From Rebecca billardiae RCC1528 (lineage: Eukaryota > Protista > Haptophyta): 64,000 nucleotides of DNA. The DNA lies in the NCBI GenBank assembly GCA_965240325.2, contig OZ251227.1, positions 2,790,001 through 2,854,000 of the forward strand, given 5' to 3'. Positions 33,701-45,700 of the stretch are shown in pieces (position 1 is the stretch's first letter; each line of letters begins with the position of its first letter). Both the position numbers and the translations under genes were made by a program. Under the pieces are notes generated by a model that did no database searches, was not told the DNA's origin, and saw only the letters and a program-made list of their open reading frames with translations.

Positions 33701-36700
33701 ACCCGCGCGCGCCCATCGCTGCCCGCCGCCGCGGACGCTGCCACCGACCTGCCATTCGCCGCGCGCCGACCACAGCACCCTCCCGTCGCTGGGGCTCACG
33801 GGCTCGCTGCCGAGCGGCCTCTTCACCCTCACGCGGCTCACGGCCTTGAATGTGCCCGAGAACAGCTTGACGGCGAGCATCCCGACGGAGACCGGGCTGC
33901 TCACCGCGCTCACCTCCCTGTGCGCGCCGCGCGGCCCCGCGCGCGCGACGCTGCTGCGCCTTGGCGCGTGCTCACTCCCACGCGCTTGCCCGCGATCCGC
34001 CCGCGCTTGCGGCGTGCGTGCGCCTGCGCTCGCAGCAAGCTGAATAGCAACTCGCTCACGGGCTCCGTGCCAACAGAGCTGGGGCAGCTGACGTCGCTGT
34101 TCACGCTCACCACCGGCAGCAACCCCCTCAACTCCACGCTGCCGTCCGAACTCGGCGCGATGAGCGTGCTGGCGACGCTGACGCTGGGCCAGAACGCGCT
34201 CCGCGGCTCGATTCCGTCCGAGCTCAGCGCGCTGTCTGCGCTCACGATGCTGCGGCTGACCGGCAACTCGCTCACGTCGCTCGTGCCGGAGGGGCTCTTC
34301 ACGTTGCCGAGCCTCGTCGGGCTGTACCTCTCCTCGAACTCGCTGACGATCAGCCTGCCGCGCACCATCGGCAACCTCACCGCGATCAAGACGCTCGAAG
34401 TCGCCTCGAACCTGGGGGCCAACGTGATCACCTCGACGCTGCCAACCGAGCTCGGGCTGCTCCCGAATCTCGAGACCTTCAAGCTGAACAAGGCGTCGCT
34501 GAGCTCGGCGCTGCCCTCCGAGCTCGGGCAGATGCCCAAGCTCCTCTCGCTGCAGCTCGCCGACAACCTGCTGTTCGGGTCGCTGCCGACCGAGCTCGGC
34601 GCGCGCGCGGGGCTGAGGTCGCTGGGTGTGCCCGGCAACACGCTGACCGGCCCGGTGCCGACCGAGCTGGGCGAGATCGCGGCGTTGACGGTGCTCGACG
34701 CGGCGAGCAACTTGCTCGCGGGCACGCTGCCGACCGAGATCGGGCGGCTCGCCGGCGCGACGAGTGTGCTGCTGGGTAGTAACGCCGGCCTCTCGGGCAC
34801 GCTGCCCAGCTCGCTCGTCAACATGACTGCGCTCGTCCTACTTGATCTCGAGGGCACGGCCACGTGCGGGCCGCTGCCGATCTCGAGCACGCTCGTGCAG
34901 CCAAGCCCGTTCCCACCGTGCCCGTCGCCGCCGCCGCCGCCGTCGCCACCGTCGCCGCCGTCGCCGCCGCCCAACGTGGTCCTCGCCGAGGTGAAGATCG
35001 CGCCCGGCTCGAACGGCAAGGCCAGCCTCACCGCCGGCAACGAGCAGCGCTTTGGCTTTGGCGCCGCCGGCATCGGCGACCTCGACGGCGACGGCGTGCC
35101 CGACGCGATGGTGGGCGCCATCACGGAGAACGCCGGCGGCTGGAACCGCGGCGCGGCGTACGTGCTCTTCATGAACAGCAACGGCACGGTCAAGTCCGAG
35201 CAGCGGATCGGCGGCGACTCCGGTGGGCTCGCGTACAACTTCCCCGACGCCTCGCAGTTCGGCATGAGCATGGACGCGATCGGCGACCTCGACGGCGACG
35301 GGATCACCGAGCTGGTGGTGAGCGAGAAGACGAACGACAGCAGCCGCGGCGCGCTCTTCGTGCTGTTCATGCACCAGAACGGCACGGTGAGGGAGTACAC
35401 GCGCCTCGCCAACGGCGTCGGCGGGCTCACGCTGCCGGCGAACGCCTACTTTGGCTATGGCGTGGCCGGCCTCGGCGACCTCGACGGCGACGGCGTGCCC
35501 GACGTGGCCGCGGGCCGGATCAGAATCTCGACGTCGAGCAAGGGCGCGGTGGTGGTGATCTTCCTCAACGCCGACGGCTCTATCAAGGCGTTCCAGCTCA
35601 TCGCCGAAGGCAACGGCGGCTTCTCCGGCGGGCTGGCGGGCACTGCCGAGTTTGGCAAGGACCTGGACGCGCTGGGCGACGTGAACGGGGACGGCATCGT
35701 CGACCTGCTGGTCGGCGCGCCGGGCATCGGCTCGGGCGGCACGAACCGCGGCGCGGCGTACGTGCTCTTCCTGAACACGACAGGCCGCGTGAAGAGCCAA
35801 TACAAGCTCACGCCTGGCGTCGACCTCCCCGCCGTGGCCGATGGCACGTTCGTGGGGCGCGGCGTGGGCGGCGCGGGCGACCTCGACGGCGACGGCGTGC
35901 CCGACGCTCTGGTCGGCGCGCCCGGGGCGGCGAGCGGCGGCGCGCTGTACGTGGTGTACCTCAACGCCGACGGCAGCGCGAAGTACGTGGACACGATCGC
36001 CGACGGCTTTGGCGGCTTCGTCGGGCCGCTCGTCTCGGGCGACCTCTTCGGCTCGCGCGCACACCTGCTCGGTGACATGGACGGCGACGGCTCGCCCGAG
36101 ATCATTGTTGGCGCGCACGCCGACGACGACGCCGGCTTCGACAACGGCGCGGTTTACGTGCTCACGCTGTCGGGCTACCTCCCGCCGAGCCCGTCGCCCG
36201 CCCCGCCGCCGAGCCCGCCGCCCGCGCCGACGGTGCGCGCGCAGCCCGAGTTCCAGGCGTGCGAGGCGGACCCGAGCACGTGCACGGCGCTCAGCCTCGG
36301 CAGCCGCGCGCTCACGGGCGAGCTGCCCACCGAGCTCGGCGATTTCACCGCGCTGACCTCGCTCGACGTCCAGCAGAACTCGATCGCGGGCACGATCCCC
36401 ACGGAGCTCGGTCGGCTCAGCGCGCTCACAGGCCTTCTCCTCGCCCAGAACTCGCTCACGGGCCGCCTGCCGACCCATCTGAGCGACACGAACCTCACGG
36501 TGCTCGACGTGCAGTCCAACTCGCTCAACGGCACGCTCTTCGATGGAGATATCTTCGGCGGGCTGGCCGGGCTCACCGAGCTCAACGCTGATTTCAACCC
36601 CTTCAGCGGCACGATCCCCATTCAGGTGCCTGACACGGTGCCGCTGCTCGAGGTCCTGCACGTCGGGTTTGGCGGCTGCACGATCGGCGGTACGATCCCG

Positions 36701-39700
36701 TCCCACCTCGGGCAGCTCACGCGGCTCAGGTCCGTGCAGCTGCAGTCGAACCTGCTCTCGGGCACGGTGCCGTCGCAGCTCGGCAGCTGGACGGGCCTCA
36801 CCAACCTCAGGCTCGGCATGAACTCGCTGTCGGGGACGCTGCCGTCCCAGCTCTTCGCTGGCAAGACCGACCTCCGCGACTTCCGGCTGATGTCCACGTC
36901 GATCACAGGCGGGCTGCCGGCCGGGCTCGCGGCGCTCACGGGCCTGACCAAGCTCAGGCTGCGCTGGTCGCCGCTGGGCGGCCCGCTCAACACCTCGGGC
37001 CTCAACGCGCTGACCTTGCTCGAGCACGCCGAGCTCGTCGGCCTCGATCTCACCGGCACGATCCCGACGCTGGTCGGGCAGCTCACGGCGCTCACGAAGC
37101 TCGACATGTCTTCCAACTCGCTCGGCGGCGCGATCCCGACCCAGATCGGCCTGCTCACCTCGCTCAACACGCTCTTCTTTAAGTCGAACGTGCTCACGGG
37201 CGCGCTGCCCACCACACTTGCCGCGCTCACCGCGCTGTCCGTCTTCAACGTGCGAGACAACGTGTATGTGGTGGGCACGCTGCCGGCCGGGCTCGGCGCG
37301 CTGCCCGCGCTCACCTTCTTCCTCGTGAACGGCACGGCAGCGTGCGGCGACACGGCCGACACGGGGCTCAACGGCACGGGCGTGATCGATATCGACCCGC
37401 TGCCGGTGTGCCCGTCGCCGCCCACGCCGCCGCCGAGCCCGCCGCCCGCCCCGCCGCCGAGCCCGCCGCCCGCGCCGACGGTGCGCGCGCAGCCCGAGTT
37501 CCAGGCGTGCGAGGCCGACCCGAGCACGTGCACGGCTCTCGGCGTGGCCAACCGCGCTCTCACGGGGACGCTGCCGACCGAGCTCGGCCTCTTCAGCGCG
37601 CTCACTGTTATCCACGCCCACCTGAACGGCCTTACTGGCCAGTGGCCCACAGAGATTGGCGGTCTGACGAGCTTGCAGTCCCTCTTGTTGAACAACAACG
37701 CGTTCGACGCGCCGCTGCCGACAGAGATCGGCGGTCTGACGAGCTTGCAGTCCTTCTGGCTGTACAACAACTATGTGATCGGCGCGCCGCTGCCGACAGA
37801 GATCGGCCTCATGACCAGCCTCACCGAAGTGCGCACCTTTCAGGCCGGGCTGACGGGCTCGCTGCCCACCGAGTTTGGCAACATGACGCAGTTGGGTGAA
37901 TTCTCGGCCGGCGGCAACTCGATCACGGGCACGATCCCGACGGAGGTTGGGCAGCTGACCGCTGCGGACGTGCTTCTCGTCTTCGACGCCAATTCGTTCA
38001 CGGGCTCCGTGCCCACAGAGGTGGGCGGGCTCACGGCCCTCGACCGGTTTGGCTGGAACCAGAACAGGCTCAACGGCACGGTGCCGACGGAGGTGGGCAC
38101 GATGCGCGCGCTCAGTTGGCTCCATTTGCACACCAACTCGATCACGGGCCAGATGCCCACCGAGCTCGGCAACATGACCGCCCTCACGCACCTTCAGCTG
38201 CAAATCAACTCGCTGACGGGGCCGATCCCGACCGAGCTCGGCCTCGCAGCCAGCATGGTCAATCTCGAGCTCTACCAGAACGCGCTCTCTGGCGGCTTGC
38301 CGACGGAGCTCGGCGCGCTGAACGCGCTCAAAGAGATCCAGCTCTACGAAAACAGTCTGAACGGCACGCTGCCGACGACACTGGGCAGTCTCACGCGCAT
38401 GCTTAACATCCAGCTCGGAGACAACTCGCTGCGCGGCACGCTGCCGTCGGAGATCGGGCTGCTCACCGCGATGACGCGCCTGGAGCTCGACACGAACTCG
38501 CTGAGCGGCACGCTGCCGACGACGCTCGGCCAGCTCGCCGCGCTCGCGCTTTTCAGCATCGCCACGAACCCGGACGTGCTGGGCACGCTGCCCTCGGAGA
38601 TCGGCGCGATCGGCGCGCTCACCGCCTTTGTCGTGACGTCGACGGGGGTGTGCGGCGACACGGCAGCGACGGGGCTGAACGGCACAGGCGTGATCGACCC
38701 GGACCCGCTGACCGCTTGCGCGTCGCCCACGCCGCCGCCACCCGGTCCGCCGCCGAGCCCGCCGCCCGCGCCGACGGTGCGCGCGCAGCCCGAGTTCCAG
38801 GCGTGCGAGGCCGACCCGTCGACGTGCACCTCGCTCAGCCTCAGCAGCCGTGCGCTCACGGGCACGCTGCCCACCGAGCTCGGCCTCTTCAGCGCGCTCA
38901 CCGAGCTGATCGTGGCGTCCAACTCAATCACCGGCCCACTGCCGACGGAGCTCGGCCGGCTGGTCAACCTGACGAAGTTCTCGGCGAACTCAAACCTGCT
39001 CACCGGCCCGACGTTCGACAACGCCACGTTTGGCGCGCTCGGCTCACTCACGACGCTCTTCCTGACGGCCAACCCGCTGAGCGGCACGGTCCCGTCCGAG
39101 CTCGCCCTGTGGATGCCGGCGCTGAAAGACTTTGCGTTTGGCGACGGCGGGAGCACGCTCAGTGGCACGCTGCCAACTGAGCTGGGTGAGCTCAGCAGCC
39201 TGGGGAGGCTGTTCGTGGCGGGGACCTCGCTCGCGGGGACGGTGCCGACAGAGATCGGCCGAGCGGCGGGGCTCTCCACGCTCACGCTCAGCTCGCCCTT
39301 GTTGAGCGGCGTGCTGCCGGCCGAGCTCTTCACCTCCAAGCCGGTGCTCGCAGAGGTGGTCGTCGCGGGCGCGCAGCTCACCGGCGGGCTGCCAGTGGCG
39401 CTCGGCGACGCGACGGCGCTCACCAAGCTCGCGGTCAACACGATGAGCCTCGGCGGCGCGCTCAACTTCTCGCTCGGCGCGCTCACCGCGCTGCACACCC
39501 TCGATCTCGCGGTGCTCTCGCTCACGGGCACGCTCCCCACCGCGCTTGGCCTGCTCACGTCGCTCGATCACCTTGTCCTCGCCGCCAATTCGCTGAGCGG
39601 CCCTGTGCCGAGCGAGCTCGGGCTCCTGACCGCGCTGACGGCGGTGGGGCTGCAGTCCAACTCGCTGAGCAGCAGGCTGCCCAGCGAGCTCGGCCTGCTG

Positions 39701-42700
39701 ACCAGGCTCGCGGAGTTCTTGGCCTCGAACAACACGCCCGTCACCGGCGCGCTGCCGACCGAGATCGACCTGCTGACTGCGCTCACGAGCTTCAACGTGG
39801 AGGCCACGGGCGTGTGCGGCTACTCGGCCGCGTGGAACGGGACGGGCGTGGTGCGGCCTGACCCGCTGCCGCTGTGCGCGTCGCCCACGCCGCCGCCGAG
39901 CCCGCCGCCGAGCCCGCCGCCCGCGCCGCCACCGAGCCCGCCCTCCCCGCCGCCCAGCGTGGTCCTGTCCGAGGTGAAGCTCGCGAACGGCACGAACGGC
40001 GTGATCGTGCCCAGCGTCGCGTGGTGGGGCTGGGTCGCGGGCATCGGCGACCTGGATGGCGACGGCATCCCGGACGCGCTGTCCGGCGCGGTTCACGACG
40101 TGTTCGACAGGCAGGGCGCTGCGTACGTGCTGTTCCTCAACTCGGACGGGACTGTGCGGGCACAGCAGAAGATCGCGAACGGGATCGGCGGCTTCACCAA
40201 CGCGCTGAGCAACCTCGATCAGTTCGGCTTTGGCGCGGACCGGCTCGGTGACCTCGACGGCGACAACGTGACCGAGCTGATGGTGAACTCGCTGGACAGC
40301 GCGAACAAGGGCGCGCTCTTCGTGCTGTTCATGCATCGCAACGGCACCGTGCGCGAGTACCAGAAGCTCGCGCAGGGCGTGGGCGGCTTCACGTCGACGC
40401 TCGACGCGGGCGACTTGTTCGGGGAGAGCCTGTCGGGGCTCGGCGATCTGGACGGCGACGGCGTGCCGGACGTGATCGCGGGCGCGACGAGCGACGACAC
40501 GGGCGTGAGCGGCGGCGGCGCGGTGTACGTGCTCCTGCTCAACGCGGATGGCACGGTGAAGGCGGAGCAGAAGATCGCCTCGGGCACGGGCGGGCTGAGC
40601 GCGAGCTTGGCTGCCGATGACTTCTTTGGGGGCGGCGTGGCGACACTGGGCGACGTTGACGGTGACGGCGTCGTCGACGTGCTGGTCGGCGCGCCCGGTG
40701 ACGACACCGCCGCCACGAACGCAGGCGCCTTGTACGTGCTCTTCCTGCACGCGAATGGCACGGTGAAAGCGGAGCGGAAGCTCGTGCCTGACGGGAGCGA
40801 CATGCCGCTCACGGCGAGCGCGTCGTGGGTGTTTGGAGTCGCGGTGGGCGGCGCGGGCGACCTGGACGGCGACGGCGTGCCTGATGCTCTGGTCGGCGCG
40901 ACGGGCGTTGTCCGCACCGCCGGCAAGACCGGCGCCGCGTTTGTGGTCTACCTGAACGCTGACGGCAGCACCAAGCACGTGGACGAGATCAGCGCGGACG
41001 CGGGCGGCTTCACTGGGCCGCTCGCGCACGACGACGAGTTTGGCAGGAAGGTGGCCCTGCTCGGCGACCTGGACGGGGGCGGCAATCCGTCGATCATCGT
41101 GGGCGCGCCCAAGGATGCCCAAGGCGCGGCGTGGGTGCTCAAGCTGTCGGGCTACTACCCGCCGAGCCCGCCCTCGCCGCCGCCGAGCCCGCCGCCGAGC
41201 CCGCCGCCCGCGCCGCCACCGAGCCCGCCCTCCCCGCCGCCCAGCGTGGTCCTGTCCGAGGTGAAGCTCGCGAACGGCACGAACGGCGTGATCGTGCCCA
41301 GCGTCGCGTGGTGGGGCTGGGTCGCGGGCATCGGCGACCTGGATGGCGACGGCATCCCGGACGCGCTGTCCGGCGCGGTTCACGACGTGTTCGACAGGCA
41401 GGGCGCTGCGTACGTGCTGTTCCTCAACTCGGACGGGACTGTGCGGGCACAGCAGAAGATCGCGAACGGGATCGGCGGCTTCACCAACGCGCTGAGCAAC
41501 CTCGATCAGTTCGGCTTTGGCGCGGACCGGCTCGGTGACCTCGACGGCGACAACGTGACCGAGCTGATGGTGAACTCGCTGGACAGCGCGAACAAGGGCG
41601 CGCTCTTCGTGCTGTTCATGCATCGCAACGGCACCGTGCGCGAGTACCAGAAGCTCGCGCAGGGCGTGGGCGGCTTCACGTCGACGCTCGACGCGGGCGA
41701 CTTGTTCGGGGAGAGCCTGTCGGGGCTCGGCGATCTGGACGGCGACGGCGTGCCGGACGTGATCGCGGGCGCGACGAGCGACGACACGGGCGTGAGCGGC
41801 GGCGGCGCGGTGTACGTGCTCCTGCTCAACGCGGATGGCACGGTGAAGGCGGAGCAGAAGATCGCCTCGGGCACGGGCGGGCTGAGCGCGAGCTTGGCTG
41901 CCGATGACTTCTTTGGGGGCGGCGTGGCGACACTGGGCGACGTTGACGGTGACGGCGTCGTCGACGTGCTGGTCGGCGCGCCCGGTGACGACACCGCCGC
42001 CACGAACGCAGGCGCCTTGTACGTGCTCTTCCTGCACGCGAATGGCACGGTGAAAGCGGAGCGGAAGCTCGTGCCTGACGGGAGCGACATGCCGCTCACG
42101 GCGAGCGCGTCGTGGGTGTTTGGAGTCGCGGTGGGCGGCGCGGGCGACCTGGACGGCGACGGCGTGCCTGATGCTCTGGTCGGCGCGACGGGCGTTGTCC
42201 GCACCGCCGGCAAGACCGGCGCCGCGTTTGTGGTCTACCTGAACGCTGACGGCAGCACCAAGCACGTGGACGAGATCAGCGCGGACGCGGGCGGCTTCAC
42301 TGGGCCGCTCGCGCACGACGACGAGTTTGGCAGGAAGGTGGCCCTGCTCGGCGACCTGGACGGGGGCGGCAATCCGTCGATCATCGTGGGCGCGCCCAAG
42401 GATGCCCAAGGCGCGGCGTGGGTGCTCAAGCTGTCGGGCTACTACCCGCCGAGCCCGCCCTCGCCGCCGCCGAGCCCGCCGCCGAGCCCGCCGCCCGCGC
42501 CGCCACCGAGCCCGCCCTCCCCGCCGCCCAGCGTGGTCCTGTCCGAGGTGAAGCTCGCGAACGGCACGAACGGCGTGATCGTGCCCAGCGTCGCGTGGTG
42601 GGGCTGGGTCGCGGGCATCGGCGACCTGGATGGCGACGGCATCCCGGACGCGCTGTCCGGCGCGGTTCACGACGTGTTCGACAGGCAGGGCGCTGCGTAC

Positions 42701-45700
42701 GTGCTGTTCCTCAACTCGGACGGGACTGTGCGGGCACAGCAGAAGATCGCGAACGGGATCGGCGGCTTCACCAACGCGCTGAGCAACCTCGATCAGTTCG
42801 GCTTTGGCGCGGACCGGCTCGGTGACCTCGACGGCGACAACGTGACCGAGCTGATGGTGAACTCGCTGGACAGCGCGAACAAGGGCGCGCTCTTCGTGCT
42901 GTTCATGCATCGCAACGGCACCGTGCGCGAGTACCAGAAGCTCGCGCAGGGCGTGGGCGGCTTCACGTCGACGCTCGACGCGGGCGACTTGTTCGGGGAG
43001 AGCCTGTCGGGGCTCGGCGATCTGGACGGCGACGGCGTGCCGGACGTGATCGCGGGCGCGACGAGCGACGACACGGGCGTGAGCGGCGGCGGCGCGGTGT
43101 ACGTGCTCCTGCTCAACGCGGATGGCACGGTGAAGGCGGAGCAGAAGATCGCCTCGGGCACGGGCGGGCTGAGCGCGAGCTTGGCTGCCGATGACTTCTT
43201 TGGGGGCGGCGTGGCGACACTGGGCGACGTTGACGGTGACGGCGTCGTCGACGTGCTGGTCGGCGCGCCCGGTGACGACACCGCCGCCACGAACGCAGGC
43301 GCCTTGTACGTGCTCTTCCTGCACGCGAATGGCACGGTGAAAGCGGAGCGGAAGCTCGTGCCTGACGGGAGCGACATGCCGCTCACGGCGAGCGCGTCGT
43401 GGGTGTTTGGAGTCGCGGTGGGCGGCGCGGGCGACCTGGACGGCGACGGCGTGCCTGATGCTCTGGTCGGCGCGACGGGCGTTGTCCGCACCGCCGGCAA
43501 GACCGGCGCCGCGTTTGTGGTCTACCTGAACGCTGACGGCAGCACCAAGCACGTGGACGAGATCAGCGCGGACGCGGGCGGCTTCACTGGGCCGCTCGCG
43601 CACGACGACGAGTTTGGCAGGAAGGTGGCCCTGCTCGGCGACCTGGACGGGGGCGGCAATCCGTCGATCATCGTGGGCGCGCCCAAGGATGCCCAAGGCG
43701 CGGCGTGGGTGCTCAAGCTGTCGGGCTACTACCCGCCGAGCCCGCCCTCGCCGCCGCCGAGCCCGCCGCCCGCCCCGCCGCCGAGCCCGCCGCCCGCGCC
43801 GACGGTGCGCGCGCAGCCCGAGTACCAGGCGTGCATCGCCGACCCGAGCACGTGCACCGCGCTCGATTTGAGCAGCCGCGTGCTCACCGGCGACATGCCC
43901 ACCGAGCTGGGCGAGCTGACGGCGCTCACACTCCTGGACCTCAGCACCAACTCCATCACCGGGCGCGTGCCGAGCGAGCTCGGTGCGCTGACGGCGCTCA
44001 CGAACCTCAGACTGCTTTACAACTCCATGACCGGCGCGCTGCCGACCGAGATGGGGAACCTCACCGCAGTCACCAACCTCGACGTGATGTTCAACAGCTT
44101 CGACTCGACGATCCCCACCGAGCTGGGCGGGATGGGCGCGCTGCTCGACTTGCAGCTGCAGTACAACTCGCTGACCGGCGCGGTGCCGACCGAGCTCGGC
44201 CGGCTCACGTCCCTCATCGAGCTCGACCTCGAGTACAGCTGGCTCACGGCCATGCCCACGGAGGTGGGCATGCTCACGGCGCTGCTCGACATCGATATCG
44301 TGGACGGTTCATTTATCGGCACGCTGCCGACCGAGATCGGCCAGCTTGGTGCGCTCGTCGAGTTCTGGTTCTACGACAACTACTTCACCGGCACCATGCC
44401 GACGGAGATGGGCACGATGACCGCCCTCACCCGCTTCGAGGTGTGGTCGAACAAGCTCACCGGCGGTGTGCCCACCGAGATTGGCAACATGACGAGCCTG
44501 GAGATACTCGCGGCGCACACGAACTCGCTGTCGACGCCCCTGCCCACCGAGCTCGGCCTCGTCGCCAGCATGGTCGGCCTCTCCCTCCAGCAGAACTCGT
44601 TTCAGTCGTCACTGCCGAGGGAGCTGGGCCAGCTGGCTAGCCTCGCAAGCATGATCATCTATACTGGGCAACTGACCGGCGGGCTGCCCACGGAGTTTGG
44701 CGACCTGGCAGCGCTCACGAACATGGACCTTGGCGACAACGCGCTGGCGGCCACGCTGCCGACGGAGCTGGGCCGGCTGGCCAGCCTGAACAAGCTTGCT
44801 GCAGGGATCAACGCGTTCACGGGCCCGCTGCCGACGGAGCTCGGCGCGCTGAACGCGCTCGATCACATCCAACTCTACCTCAACAGTCTGAACGGCACGC
44901 TGCCGACGACGCTGGGCAGTCTCACGCGCATGCACAACCTCCAGCTCGGATACAACTCGCTGCGCGGTACGCTGCCGTCGGAGATTGGGCTGCTCACCGC
45001 GATATCGCGCCTGGAGTTCGACAGGAACTCGCTGAGCGGCACGCTGCCGACGGCGCTCGGCCAGATCGCCGCGCTCGCGCTTTTCAACATCGGCACGAAC
45101 GCGGATCTGCTGGGCACGCTGCCCTCCGAGATCGGCGCGCTCGGCGCGCTCACCTCCTTTGACGTGACGTCGACGGGGGTGTGCGGCGACACGGCAGCGA
45201 CGGGGCTGAACGGCACAGGCGTGATCATCCCGGACCCGCTGTCCGCGTGCGCGTCGCCCACGCCGCCGCCGAGCCCGCCGCCGTCGCCGCCGCCGAGCCC
45301 GCCGCCCGCGCCGACGGTGCGCGCGCAGCCCGAGTTCCAGGCGTGCGAGGCGGACCCGAGCACGTGCACGACGCTTGGCGTGGCCAACCGCGGTCTCACG
45401 GGCACGCTGCCCACCGAGCTCGGCCTCTTCAGCGTGCTCACTGTTATCCACGCCCACCTGAACGGCCTCACGGGCCAGTGGCCCACCGAGATTGGTGGTC
45501 TGACGAGCTTGCAGTCCCTCTTGTTGAACAACAACGCGTTCGACGCGCCGCTGCCGACAGAGATCGGCGGTCTGACGAGCTTGCAGTCCTTCTGGTTGTA
45601 CAACAACTACGTGATCGGCGCGCCGCTGCCTACAGAGATCGGCCTCATGACCAGCCTCACCTCAGTGCGCACCTACCAGGCCGGGCTGACGGGCTCGCTG

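Noticed and set aside
33605-33701. Stop at 33701 as the end of a 2002-aa protein
   Set aside because: The tail CARERGGARR... is read-through into a GT-AG intron. Splicing continues the LRR in register.
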